Source: an uncultured Alphaproteobacteria bacterium
GTDB lineage: Bacteria; Pseudomonadota; Alphaproteobacteria; Rhodobacterales; Rhodobacteraceae
Length of the DNA stretch: 64,000 nt
Direction of reading: 5' to 3'
Assembly (NCBI GenBank): GCA_963844505.1
Contig: CAWJOY010000030.1
Location: forward strand, 11,269 to 75,268
Shown here piece after piece: positions 43,378-53,389 of this stretch; positions within the stretch are counted from its first letter, which is position 1, and each line of letters opens with the position of its first letter. The notes under the pieces were generated by a model. That model made no database searches. It saw only the letters and a program-made list of their open reading frames with translations, and had not been told where the DNA came from. The position numbers were made by a program, and so were the translations under genes.

Positions 43378-44721
43378 TTATTTCTTGGCCACAGCCGACA
43401 GGCCGCGCAAGATGTCGATGGCATAGGCCAGCTGATAATCCTCGTCCCGAAGCTTGGCAGCCTCTTCGGTGCGGGCGCGGTCGGCCTCGAGTTGCGTCTT
43501 TTCGTCTTCGGTCATCGAGTCATTGCTGATCGCACCCCGCAGCGAGGCCTCGGTCCGCTGTTTGGTCTCTTTGTCCGCAGCGGTTTCCTCTGTGCCTTTG
43601 GCATTCGGGTCGACGACAGGCTGGTTCACGACGATATCCGGCATCACGCCCAGCGATTGGATCGAGCGCCCCGACGGCGTGTAATAGCGCGCCGTGGTCA
43701 GACGCATCGCGCCCTCGCCCTTGAGAGGGATCAACGTCTGCACCGAGCCCTTGCCAAAGCTCTTGGTGCCGACAACAATCGCGCGGCGGTGGTCTTGCAA
43801 CGCGCCGCTGACGATCTCGGAGGCCGAAGCAGAACCGCCGTTGATCAACACGACCAATGGCTTACCCTCGGCCAGATCGCCTGGCGTGGCGTTCTCGCGC
43901 GTGCTTTCCTGCGCGTTACGGCCACGGGTCGAGACGATCTCGCCTTCGTCAAGGAACGCGTCCGAAGTCAGGATCGCCTGCTTTAGCAAGCCGCCTGGGT
44001 TGTTGCGTAGGTCGATGACAAAGCCGTTGATCTTATCCATGCCACCAGCCTCTTCGGCCAGTTTTTTGATGCCCTCTTGGACGCCTGGATAGGTCTGGTC
44101 GTTAAAGGTGGTGATGCGCAGGATGCCGGTGCTGCCGACAAGGCGGCTCTTGACTGCGACGAGTTTGATGGTGTCGCGGATGATCGAAACGTCAAACGGC
44201 TCTGCCACACCTTCGCGCACAACGGTGATGACGATTTCCGACCCGATCGGGCCGCGCATCTTGTCAACCGCTTGATCCAGCAGCAGACCTTGCACGCTTT
44301 CGCCATCGACAGCGGTGATAAAGTCGCCCGACTTGATACCCGCCGCATCCGCAGGGGTGCCATCCATCGGCGAGACCACTTTGATATAGCCGTCCTGCTG
44401 GGTCACTTCGATGCCCAGACCGCCGAACTCGCCACGGGTTTGCGTGGTCATATCGGCAAATGCGCCCGCGTCCATATAGCTGGAGTGCGGGTCAAGCGAG
44501 GTCAGCATGCCGTTGATCGCCGCTTCGATCAGCTTTTTGCTGTCCACATCCTCGACGTATTGGCCGCGAATACGCTCGAACACATCGCCAAACAGATCAA
44601 GCTGTTCATAGACGTTGGCGTTCTTGCTGGCATCTTGGGCAAGCATCGGTCCGGCGATCTGGGTGGTTAGCACCCCGCCCGCGATGGTGCCGCACAGCGC
44701 CGCGATAAGCATTTTCTTCAT
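43378..44721 (-). CDS. ctpA: S41 C-terminal processing protease
   Basis: [37 protein letters not shown]. Confidence 0.94.
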   Translation of the reverse strand: MKKMLIAALCGTIAGGVLTTQIAGPMLAQDASKNANVYEQLDLFGDVFERIRGQYVEDVDSKKLIEAAINGMLTSLDPHSSYMDAGAFADMTTQTRGEFGGLGIEVTQQDGYIKVVSPMDGTPADAAGIKSGDFITAVDGESVQGLLLDQAVDKMRGPIGSEIVITVVREGVAEPFDVSIIRDTIKLVAVKSRLVGSTGILRITTFNDQTYPGVQEGIKKLAEEAGGMDKINGFVIDLRNNPGGLLKQAILTSDAFLDEGEIVSTRGRNAQESTRENATPGDLAEGKPLVVLINGGSASASEIVSGALQDHRRAIVVGTKSFGKGSVQTLIPLKGEGAMRLTTARYYTPSGRSIQSLGVMPDIVVNQPVVDPNAKGTEETAADKETKQRTEASLRGAISNDSMTEDEKTQLEADRARTEEAAKLRDEDYQLAYAIDILRGLSAVAKK

Positions 44722-44729
44722 GGGTCGTC

Positions 44730-45845
44730 CTATTCCTTTGCCGCGGTCAGTGCCTTGAACCATTCCATCGGGTCCACAGGCGCCGCCCCTTGCCTCAGTT
44801 CCAAGTAAAGCGTTTCCGTCTCGCGTCCGCCAGTGCCTTCTGTTGAAGAAGCCAGCAGATCGGCGGTTCCTGCCTCTGATCCGCCCATCAAGCCCAAAGC
44901 CGCGCCCTTTGCAATCACTTCACCGACTTCGCCATAAACCTGACTTAGCCCTGCTAATATCAAAAGATAGCCGTCTCCGGGTTCAATGATCATCACATTT
45001 CCGTAGTCGAGCAGCGGCCCGCGATAGCGGATCGTCGCCGGCCACGGGCTGGTCACCAAGGCCGCGGCACGTGTGGCCAGCGTTACCCCCGGCCGCGTCA
45101 CCCCGCGCGCATCGGTTTCATTCGGGCGCAGCAGCAGCGTCCCAAGCACGGGCAAATCAAGCGTGCCCTTGGCGTCGGCAAACTGCGCCGTGCCACTATC
45201 ATCAAGCGCCAGACCAGCAGCAAAGGCCTCAAGCGTGTCCGCGCTTTCCAGCAACCCGCGCAGCACCTCGGGGTCTTCGGTAAAGCGCTTTGGCAAAGTG
45301 GTGCGGTCAGACATCGCCTGCGACAGTTCCGAACGCGCCGTCTGCGCCGCCCCCAGCCCTTTGGCCAAAGTCTCGCCCGCCGACTTTTGCAGCGTGCGGA
45401 TCTGCGCCAACTCTTCCAGCTGCCCCTTCAGCACATTCGCCTCGGCTTGCAACGCGGGCGTCACATCGGCAAGCATCATCCCAGACCGCACCGTTCCCAA
45501 AGGCCCCGTGGGGTGCAACAGCAACAGCGGCCCAGGCTCTGCGTCAATGCGGCTTAGAACGCCCAACAGCTGCGCAATGCGGTCGCGCTTGGTTTGAAAT
45601 TGCAGCGTCAGCTGGTCTTGACGCAACTCGGCCTGCCGCAAGGCTTGGCGCAGCGCGGCCAGACCGGCCTCATAGGCCTTGATCGTGCTGGTCAACGCCG
45701 CCACGCGCTCTTTGGACGCAGAGGCCTCTTGCAGATCGGCCACCGCTTGTTGCAAGTCCGCCGAAGCCTGCGCCGCATCCTCGGCAACGCCGCCAAGCGC
45801 CGCCCCAGTTGTCAGCAAAAGCGCAAGGACGGCGGCGCGGATCAT
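44730..45845 (-). CDS. envC: Murein hydrolase activator, EnvC family
   Basis: Signal peptide, coiled coil, degenerate M23 domain (YGNVMII, LYLELRQG..PVDP). Confidence 0.85.
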   Translation of the reverse strand: MIRAAVLALLLTTGAALGGVAEDAAQASADLQQAVADLQEASASKERVAALTSTIKAYEAGLAALRQALRQAELRQDQLTLQFQTKRDRIAQLLGVLSRIDAEPGPLLLLHPTGPLGTVRSGMMLADVTPALQAEANVLKGQLEELAQIRTLQKSAGETLAKGLGAAQTARSELSQAMSDRTTLPKRFTEDPEVLRGLLESADTLEAFAAGLALDDSGTAQFADAKGTLDLPVLGTLLLRPNETDARGVTRPGVTLATRAAALVTSPWPATIRYRGPLLDYGNVMIIEPGDGYLLILAGLSQVYGEVGEVIAKGAALGLMGGSEAGTADLLASSTEGTGGRETETLYLELRQGAAPVDPMEWFKALTAAKE

Positions 45846-47362
45846 ACCAGCATCAAGTTCCGGCCGGTCATCTCTTCGGGCTGTGGCAAGCCCATCAGCG
45901 CAAGGATGGTCGGCGCCAGATCGGCAAGCTTACCGCCGTCCCGCAGCACCGCGCCCGCAGGCCCCCCAACCAGCACCACAGGCACAGGATTGACGGTATG
46001 CGACGTATGCGGCCCGCCGGTGATCGGGTCGATCATCATCTCGCAGTTGCCGTGGTCCGCCGTCACAATCATCGAGCCCCCCTTGGCCTGCAGCGCAGCC
46101 AAGGCGCGGCCAAGCCCCAAATCGACCGCTTCACAAGCCTTGATCGCGGCAGGCAGGCTGCCCGTGTGGCCGACCATATCGGGATTGGCAAAGTTGACCA
46201 CGATCAGATCATAGCCCTTTTCAATCGCATCAACGAGGTGGCCAGACACCTCTGGCGCGCTCATTTCCGGTTGCAGATCATAGGTCGCGACCTTGGGCGA
46301 TTTCGGCATAGCGCGGTCTTCGCGGTCAAACGGCACCTCACGGCCTCCGTTCAGAAAAAACGTGACATGAGGGTATTTCTCGGTCTCGGCCAAGCGGAAC
46401 TGCGAACAGCCTTGCTTGGCAACCCATTCGCCCAAGGTGTTGGAAATGCTGCGCTTTGGATAGGCGGTCTGCATATAGCCGTTATGCGCTTGCGAGTATT
46501 CCACCATCCCAATCAGCGCCGCCCAGACGGGACGCTTGCCCGTGTCGAAGCCGTCAAAATCAGGCGCAGCAATCGCCGCAAGGATTTCGCGCGCACGGTC
46601 AGAGCGGAAGTTCAAACAAAAGAACCCGTCGCCATCGCGCGCGCCTTTGTAATCGCCGATCACCGTTGGCGCGAGGAACTCATCCGTCTCGGCCTTGGCA
46701 TAAGATGCTGCCACCGCGGTTTGCGGCGTCACCGCAACTTCGCCCTGCGCGTTGATCATGGCATGATAAGCGCGCGAGACCCGCTCCCAACGGTTGTCAC
46801 GGTCCATCGCCCAATAGCGGCCAATGACTGTGGCAACCGTCGCACCCGCAGGCAGTTGCACCATCAGCGTCTCAATAAAATCGGCAGCCGACGAAGGTGC
46901 TACATCACGACCATCGGTGATCGCATGCAGCGCCACAGGGATGCCATGCGCAGTGATCGCGGCGCAGGCAGCAATCACGTGCGACAGATGACCATGCACA
47001 CCGCCATCCGACACCACGCCCATCAGATGCGCCGTGCCACCCGAAGCCTTCATCTTGGCAACAAAGGCCAGCAGGCTTTCATTCTTGGCAAAAGAACCAT
47101 CCTCAATCGCAAGATCAATCGCGCCAAGATCCATCGCCACAATGCGGCCCGCGCCAATGTTGGTGTGGCCGACTTCCGAGTTGCCCATCTGCCCCGTCGG
47201 CAAGCCGACCTCTGGGCCAAAAGTGGTCAGAGTGGAATGCGGGCACTCGGCCCAAATTCGGTTAAAGTTCGGCACATGCGCTTGTGCGGGGGCAGAGGCG
47301 GTCGGATCAGCGTTAATCCCCCAGCCATCAAGAATGCACAAAACTACGGGCTTGCGGGTCAT
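45842..47362 (-). CDS. gpmI: 2,3-BPG-independent phosphoglycerate mutase
   Basis: ILDGWG, GQMGNSEVGH, AETEKYPHVTFF, NPDMVGHTG, TADHGN. Confidence 0.97.
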   Translation of the reverse strand: MTRKPVVLCILDGWGINADPTASAPAQAHVPNFNRIWAECPHSTLTTFGPEVGLPTGQMGNSEVGHTNIGAGRIVAMDLGAIDLAIEDGSFAKNESLLAFVAKMKASGGTAHLMGVVSDGGVHGHLSHVIAACAAITAHGIPVALHAITDGRDVAPSSAADFIETLMVQLPAGATVATVIGRYWAMDRDNRWERVSRAYHAMINAQGEVAVTPQTAVAASYAKAETDEFLAPTVIGDYKGARDGDGFFCLNFRSDRAREILAAIAAPDFDGFDTGKRPVWAALIGMVEYSQAHNGYMQTAYPKRSISNTLGEWVAKQGCSQFRLAETEKYPHVTFFLNGGREVPFDREDRAMPKSPKVATYDLQPEMSAPEVSGHLVDAIEKGYDLIVVNFANPDMVGHTGSLPAAIKACEAVDLGLGRALAALQAKGGSMIVTADHGNCEMMIDPITGGPHTSHTVNPVPVVLVGGPAGAVLRDGGKLADLAPTILALMGLPQPEEMTGRNLMLV

Positions 47363-47426
47363 GGCGGCACCTTTTCAATCTATGCCGCCCTTGTATCGCC
47401 CCGCCCCGCCTAGGGCAACGCCTCTG

Positions 47427-47897
47427 TCAAACGCGGTGATAGGGACCACCGCCCAGAATCGTCGCGGCACGGTAAAGTTGCTCGGCCAGCATCACCCGCA
47501 CCAGCATATGCGGCCAGACCATCTTGCCAAAGCTCAAGCTAAAATCGGCACGCGCCCGCAGTGACGGGTCAATGCCATCTGCGCCACCAATCACAAAGGC
47601 AACATCTTGGCGGCCACCGTCGCGCCATTTGGCAAGCTCGGCAGCAAAGTCGGGACTGCTCAGCACACGGCCACGCTCGTCCAGCGTCGCGATCAGCGCC
47701 CCCGAAGGAATGGCGCGCTCCAGCAGCACCGCCTCGGCGGACATGCCAAGGTTCTTCTTGTCCTCGACCTCATGTTCGGAAACCGGCCCAAGCCCAAGCG
47801 GGCGGCCGGTGCGATCCAGTCGAGTATAATAGTCGTCGGTCAGATCCCGCTCTGGGCCAGCCCGCAGGCGGCCCACAGCGCAGACATGCAGCCGCAA
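47427..47897 (-). CDS. rlmH: 23S rRNA pseudouridine1915 methyltransferase
   Basis: LDERG, IGGADG, WPHMLVRVML.EQLYRA..I..G.PYH. Confidence 0.95.
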   Translation of the reverse strand: MRLHVCAVGRLRAGPERDLTDDYYTRLDRTGRPLGLGPVSEHEVEDKKNLGMSAEAVLLERAIPSGALIATLDERGRVLSSPDFAAELAKWRDGGRQDVAFVIGGADGIDPSLRARADFSLSFGKMVWPHMLVRVMLAEQLYRAATILGGGPYHRV

Positions 47898-47900
47898 GGC

Positions 47901-48311
47901 TTAGGCGCCGAGATGCGCGCTTCCTGGAAGCCACATCTTTTCAAGCTGATAGAACTCGCGCACTTCGGGACGGAAGACGTGAACGACAACGTCGCCCGCA
48001 TCGATCAGGACCCAATCGCCCGTCTCTTTGCCTTCCATCTTGGGGGTAAAGCGATACTTCTCTTTGATACGGTCAGCGAGCTTTTCCGAGATCGACGCGA
48101 CTTGACGCGAAGAGCGGCCCGAGCAGATGACCATATAGTCAGCCACGTCAGAGCGCCCGCGCAGATCGATATGCACGACCTCTTCGGCTTTGTCGTCGTC
48201 GACCGAGGCGAGAACCATCGCCAACATGTCTTCGGAGCTATAGTCTTCGGCGGTCGCGCGAGCTTCGCGTGGGCCGACCGGAAGACCGGTGGTGGGATCA
48301 GAATGCGACAG
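47901..48311 (-). CDS. rsfS: Ribosome silencing factor; start uncertain (CTG after GGAGG assumed)
   Basis: DDDKAEEV..IDL, ADYMVICSGRS.RQV, WVLIDAGD.VVHVF..EVREFY.LEKMW. Confidence 0.93.
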   Translation of the reverse strand: MSHSDPTTGLPVGPREARATAEDYSSEDMLAMVLASVDDDKAEEVVHIDLRGRSDVADYMVICSGRSSRQVASISEKLADRIKEKYRFTPKMEGKETGDWVLIDAGDVVVHVFRPEVREFYQLEKMWLPGSAHLGA

Positions 48312-48443
48312 GACAACGTCCTCCAAATAGCGCGCCGATGCGGCCCCGGCGTTGGGCTTGTATAAACGTAGCACCGTCAGACGATAATCTCAACGGCAGG
48401 CAAGCGGCGCGCATACTTGGCTAAACGCCACAAAGCAAGGGCG

Positions 48444-49160
48444 TTATGCCACAAGCGGCGGCAGGTCGGGGAAGAATTCCGCGTGCATCCGCTCAATATA
48501 CGCCAAGGTTTCGGGTTTGCGGCGCAGATAATCGCCATACTCTGACCGAAATCCGGGCGCAAAAACCGTAGCGAGAAAGGCATAGGCCGTGGCATCGAAA
48601 CCGCAGACCCGCCCGCCCAAAAGATAGATCTGCCCCGCGATCATCGCCTCGAACGCGTCCAGCGCACGCCGAACAAGCGCCAGCCTCTCGTCCGGCAACA
48701 GCTTGCCCGTGCCCTGCATCTCGACCTGTTTGCGCACTTTGCGCAGCACCATGCGAATAATCAGCGGCCGGATTAACGCGGGGGCCGCGTCAAAGAACTG
48801 CCGCGGGCCACGGTCAAAATTATCAGGTTCCAGCCAGCGATTGGCGATCGAAAAGAAATAGAGGTGATCTTCCAACATCCTCTCAATCGCCAAGCCGTAG
48901 CCCAAAGCACGCGGGGCATAGTCCCCTGTGAAATCAATGCCATGCCGAGTTTCCAGATGCGCTTTGATAAGCCGGCTGTCGGGAATAATCTCGTCCCCAT
49001 CGACGATCCACGGCATCTTGCCACGCGGCGCCTTGCGCAGGTCCGCGCGGGCCACGGTATAGGGCAGACCCGACAGTTTCAGCAGCAACTCGGCCTTAAT
49101 CGCAAAGGGGCTGGCGTGCGGCAAGCCCAACATCGGGCCGGTGCCATAAAGCGTAATCAT
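48444..49160 (-). CDS. Glutathione S-transferase, metaxin/FAX-like
   Basis: SPFAIK.E..L...GLPY, APRGKMPW, IPDSRLI, ERMLEDHLY. Confidence 0.85.
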   Translation of the reverse strand: MITLYGTGPMLGLPHASPFAIKAELLLKLSGLPYTVARADLRKAPRGKMPWIVDGDEIIPDSRLIKAHLETRHGIDFTGDYAPRALGYGLAIERMLEDHLYFFSIANRWLEPDNFDRGPRQFFDAAPALIRPLIIRMVLRKVRKQVEMQGTGKLLPDERLALVRRALDAFEAMIAGQIYLLGGRVCGFDATAYAFLATVFAPGFRSEYGDYLRRKPETLAYIERMHAEFFPDLPPLVA

Positions 49161-50480
49161 TCTTTAAGTTCCTTCGGGTCTACTGCACCCAGAATACGAA
49201 TTTCGCGTTGTGGGAAAGGAATCGAAATGCCTTCGGCTTGAAATGCGTCCCAAAGCGCAAGAAATACCGAACCGCGCACATTGGTCAAACCTTCGCGTGG
49301 GTCAATGATCCAAAACCGCAGCACATAGTTCACCGAACTATCGCCAAAACTGGTGATATGGCAAACTGCATCGCGGGTTTTCAACACACGGTCCACCGAC
49401 AGGGCAGCGGCCACTGCGACCCGGCGGACTTTGTGCGGGTCGTCGTGATAAGAGGTGCCGAAATCGAGGTCGATGCGCACGAACTCGTTGGAATGAGACC
49501 AGTTCACCACTTGTCCGGTGATGAGATCTTCGTTGGGAATCAGGTATTCGCGGCCATCTCGGGTCACGACAGAAACATAGCGCGCGCCCAGAATTCTCGA
49601 TCCAGCCAAAGGTATCCCCAAGGCTAATCACATCCCCCGGTTTAATGGATTTATCCAAAAGAATGATGATACCCGACACAAGGTTTGACACCACTTTTTG
49701 CAGGCCAAAGCCAAGGCCAACACCGATTGCGCCCGACAGCACCGCAAGTCCTGTCAGGTCAAACCCGACCGCCTTGAGGCCAAGAAAAAAGGCCGAGCCA
49801 TAAAGCACGACCTGCATCACCTTGACCGCAAGCACACCAAAGGATGGGGCAATATCGCGGTTGCGGGCGATCTTGCGCGCCGCACCCTGTGTGATCAGCC
49901 GCGCCCCCGCAAACAGCGCTCCGGTGACCACCACCGCTTTGAACACCCCCAAGGCCGAGATGCGAAAGTCGCCAAAGCTGAGACTAAGCGAGTCGAGGAA
50001 CGTGCTGGCCGATTGCAAAAAGCCTAGATACAGCAGCGTGACATAAATCCAGCCAAGCCAAGTCACGAACCGCCGCATCAAAGGGTTGCTTATCAGCCGC
50101 GTCACCAGACCAATGATGACCCAAGCCGTGGCGATCGTCGCCCAAAGCACCACAATATAACGGCGCGAAGGGAACGGAGTATACAGGTATATCCCCGCGA
50201 CCGAGACCCACGCCATGGCGACAAAGAACAACCCTCGCAGCCGATTGCGCAGCACCACCAGAAACCGCAAACGGGATTTGCTTAGGCTGGCTTGATCGCA
50301 AATCCACGCATCAAAGCGCGGTGCAATCAGCGCCGCCAGCAGCCACGCCAGCAAGAACAACCCAACCAGCAAGGCAACCTGCAAGAACCGCGACGGCAGC
50401 AGCATTGATTCTGCATAGCTGACCAATTCGTTGATCAGGTCTTGTGCACTGCCAACAACATTCGAATTCAGGGGGTCCAT
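49157..50480 (-). CDS. MscS family mechanosensitive channel, split by a +1 frameshift at about 49592 (probable sequencing error)
   Basis: GAIGVGLGFGLQKVVSNLVSG, IKPGD; removing one base restores WIENLGARYVSV and joins the IPNEDL frame. Confidence 0.9.
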
Positions 50481-50645
50481 AGCGCTCCTTGTTTTGGGCA
50501 AGTTTGACACTGCTTGCGCATCAAGGCAAATGCCAAAGCCGCGCCGCTATGCGCCAGACGCAAGGCGGCTTTTCGAATGTAGCGGTGGAATATCCCGCTG
50601 CGACGCAGCATATAGAAGGAAGGGAGGACACAAAGGAGCAGTACT

Positions 50646-50780
50646 ATGGCCTTCATCCGCCGCCTATTTCCACGCAATCCAAGCCGCCAAGAGCTTGAAA
50701 TCGAATACCTTAACGGCTCGGTCAGCCTTTATGACCTTGAATGCCGCGAGCGCGAAATCGCGCAAGGGAAATTCGCTTAA
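50646..50780 (+). CDS. 44-aa small protein, DUF3563-like (below ORF-track cut-off)
   Basis: AAGGAG RBS at 50633; MAFIRRLFPRNPSRQELEIEYLNGSVSLYDLECREREIAQGKFA has the YL..S...YDLE.R.R motif. Confidence 0.72.
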   Translation: MAFIRRLFPRNPSRQELEIEYLNGSVSLYDLECREREIAQGKFA

Positions 50781-50897
50781 TCCTCGAGCCAAAAGCTGCC
50801 GCGTCGCTTTGCAGGACAAAGCCGCGCGGCTGCATCTTATTGCACATCCTCGCAGCAGCTATCGGCCAATACAGACGCAGCTTTTGTGGCTTCAGGC

Positions 50898-50926
50898 TTG
50901 CCACAAAGCCCTTTTGCGCGTATTTC
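50898..50926 (+). promoter_or_regulatory. Candidate sigma70 promoter for the leuCD transcript
   Basis: TTGCCA-17 bp-TATTTC; predicted start site coincides with ATG 50933. Confidence 0.5.
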
Positions 50927-50932
50927 GACGCC

Positions 50933-51019
50933 ATGAAACGGTTTCTCAACATAACCGACCACGATCGGCTGCCTTGGCGCTTTTATGGCGCAACGCTTGC
51001 TGTGCTTGCACGCGGCTAA
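50933..51019 (+). CDS. 28-aa candidate leader peptide (uORF) of leuCD
   Basis: MKRFLNITDHDRLPWRFYGATLAVLARG*; no SD; 77 nt before leuC; hairpin follows. Confidence 0.5.
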   Translation: MKRFLNITDHDRLPWRFYGATLAVLARG

Positions 51020-51096
51020 GGTTTCGCAGGCTTTGGCATGACCCGAGGGGGCGTGCCCGTTTGATATTTCCCCAATTCCAACTTCGAGGATGAGCC

Positions 51097-52515
51097 ATGA
51101 CTGCTCGGACGCTTTACGATAAAATCTGGGACGACCATATGGTTGACCAAGCCGCAGACGGCACCTGCCTGCTGTATATCGACCGCCACTTGGTGCATGA
51201 AGTCACCAGCCCGCAGGCGTTTGAAGGCCTGCGCATGTCCGGCCGCACCGTGCGCGCACCGGAAAAAACCATCGCCGTGCCCGATCACAACGTGCCAACC
51301 ACGCTTGATCGCGCCAATGCCGCGACGATGACCGAAGACAGCCGCATCCAAGTCGATGCGCTGGACAAGAACGCCAAGGATTTCGGCATCAACTATTACC
51401 CCGTGTCGGATGTTCGCCAAGGCATCGTCCACATCGTCGGCCCCGAACAAGGCTGGACCCTGCCCGGCATGACCGTCGTTTGCGGCGACAGCCACACCGC
51501 GACACATGGCGCGTTTGGCGCGCTGGCGCATGGCATCGGCACGTCCGAAGTCGAGCATGTCCTAGCGACTCAAACGCTGATTCAGCGTAAGGCCAAGAAC
51601 TTCAAGGTCGAGATCACTGGCTCGCTGCGCGAAGGCGTGACCGCCAAAGACATCACCATGGCCGTCATCGGCGCCACCGGCACGGCGGGCGGCACGGGCT
51701 ATGTCATTGAATACTGTGGCCAAGCGATCCGTGAGCTGTCGATGGAAGGCCGCATGACCGTTTGCAACATGGCAATCGAAGGCGGTGCCCGCGCTGGCCT
51801 GATTGCGCCTGACGAAAAGACCTACGCCTATTGCATGGGCCGCCCGCATGCGCCCAAAGGTGCCGCTTGGGAAGCGGCTCTGACCTATTGGAAGACGCTC
51901 TTCACCGACGAAGGCGCCCATTTCGATAAGGTCATCACCCTCAAAGCCGAGGATATCGCGCCGCTCGTCACTTGGGGCACCTCGCCCGAAGACGTGCTGC
52001 CGATCACGGCTGTTGTGCCAAACCCTGCCGACTTTAGCGGCGGCAAGGTCGAGGCCGTTCAGCGCGCTTTGGACTATATGGGCCTCAAGCCTGGTCAAAA
52101 GCTGTCGGAAATCGCGATTGATACCGTGTTTATCGGTTCGTGCACCAATGGCCGGATCGAGGATCTGCGCGCTGCTGCTGCAATCCTCAAAGGCAAGAAA
52201 AAGAAAGACGGCATCCGCGCGATGGTCGTTCCGGGTTCGGGTCTTGTCCGCGCTCAGGCCGAAGAAGAAGGTCTGGCGCAGATCTTTATCGACGCAGGCT
52301 TTGAGTGGCGGCTTGCCGGTTGCTCGATGTGCTTGGCGATGAACCCTGACCAGCTTGCTCCGGGTGAGCGCTGTGCAGCGACGTCGAACCGCAACTTTGA
52401 AGGCCGTCAGGGTCGTGGCGGACGCACGCACCTGCTGTCGCCTGCGATGGCTGCGGCGGCTGCGATCACCGGTCACCTGACCGATGTCCGCGACATGATG
52501 ACTGAAACCGCGTAA
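51097..52515 (+). CDS. leuC: 3-isopropylmalate dehydratase large subunit
   Basis: [49 protein letters not shown]. Confidence 0.98.
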   Translation: MTARTLYDKIWDDHMVDQAADGTCLLYIDRHLVHEVTSPQAFEGLRMSGRTVRAPEKTIAVPDHNVPTTLDRANAATMTEDSRIQVDALDKNAKDFGINYYPVSDVRQGIVHIVGPEQGWTLPGMTVVCGDSHTATHGAFGALAHGIGTSEVEHVLATQTLIQRKAKNFKVEITGSLREGVTAKDITMAVIGATGTAGGTGYVIEYCGQAIRELSMEGRMTVCNMAIEGGARAGLIAPDEKTYAYCMGRPHAPKGAAWEAALTYWKTLFTDEGAHFDKVITLKAEDIAPLVTWGTSPEDVLPITAVVPNPADFSGGKVEAVQRALDYMGLKPGQKLSEIAIDTVFIGSCTNGRIEDLRAAAAILKGKKKKDGIRAMVVPGSGLVRAQAEEEGLAQIFIDAGFEWRLAGCSMCLAMNPDQLAPGERCAATSNRNFEGRQGRGGRTHLLSPAMAAAAAITGHLTDVRDMMTETA

Positions 52516-52527
52516 AGGACCGGAAAG

Positions 52528-53133
52528 ATGGAAAAATTCACCAAACTGACCGGCATCGCGGCGCCTATGCCTTTGGTCAATATCGACACTGACATGATCA
52601 TTCCAAAGCAGTTCCTCAAGACCATCAAGCGGTCGGGGCTGGGCGTGAACCTGTTCGACGAGATGCGCTATAATCTCGACGGCTCGGAAATTGCGGACTT
52701 CGTGCTGAACCAGCCCGCCTATCGCAAAGCCGAGATCATCGTTGCTGGCGATAACTTTGGCTGTGGTTCTTCGCGCGAACATGCGCCTTGGGCTCTGCTG
52801 GATTTTGGCATTCGCTGCGTGGTTGCCACCAGCTTTGCCGACATTTTCTACAACAACTGCTTTAAGAACGGCATCTTGCCGATCGTTGCCTCGCAAGAGG
52901 TGGTCGATGTGATGATGGCCGATGCCAAGCGCGGTGCCAACGCGCGCCAAACCGTTGATCTGGTCGAACAAACCATCACTACATCGGACGGGCAAGTGTT
53001 CCCGTTTGAGGTGGATGCGCACCGCAAGCACTGCCTGCTGAACGGTCTGGATGACATCGGTCTGACGCTTGAGAAAGCCAGCGCGATTGACGCGTTTGAG
53101 AGCCGGAACGCAGCGCAGCGCCCTTGGGCCTAA
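52528..53133 (+). CDS. leuD: 3-isopropylmalate dehydratase small subunit
   Basis: [34 protein letters not shown]. Confidence 0.98.
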   Translation: MEKFTKLTGIAAPMPLVNIDTDMIIPKQFLKTIKRSGLGVNLFDEMRYNLDGSEIADFVLNQPAYRKAEIIVAGDNFGCGSSREHAPWALLDFGIRCVVATSFADIFYNNCFKNGILPIVASQEVVDVMMADAKRGANARQTVDLVEQTITTSDGQVFPFEVDAHRKHCLLNGLDDIGLTLEKASAIDAFESRNAAQRPWA

Positions 53134-53157
53134 GGCTAACCAAACCACAACATCTAG

Positions 53158-53184
53158 GGCCGCCCTTCGGGGCGGCCTTTTTAT
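53158..53184 (+). terminator. Intrinsic terminator of leuCD
   Basis: GGCCGCCC-TTCG-GGGCGGCC followed by TTTTT. Confidence 0.9.
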
Positions 53185-53389
53185 TGCCCGAAGTATGGTC
53201 CAATCCTGCAACACTTTTACCGCAGAAATGCCTCAGTTGCCTGCGAAAGTAAGGCTTACAGTTGCCGTGAACGATGAAAGAAGGCAAGAATTGGGCAAGA
53301 TTGAGGCAAGCCGCCACAATGTGCGGGACATCGTTAGGAATATTGTCTGGCTATGCATCAGACAAATCCGTTTGAAGGGTAATGGGCAG

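Noticed and set aside
8780-50480. Programmed frameshifting or phase variation in chvG, acpS and mscS
   Set aside because: No slippery heptamers or long repeats at the sites; all coincide with GANTC.
50468-50677. Minus-strand 69-aa ORF (MKAIVLLLCV...)
   Set aside because: Weak RBS; overlaps the promoter and start of the better-supported plus-strand 44-aa gene.
53196-53210. Sigma54-like TGG...TGC site
   Set aside because: GG to GC spacing is 9 nt, not the required 10.
19761-53214. Long antisense ORFs (19761-21419, 24549-25805, 45809-47413, 51562-53214)
   Set aside because: Shadow frames of well-identified genes in GC-rich DNA, with no recognisable motifs.
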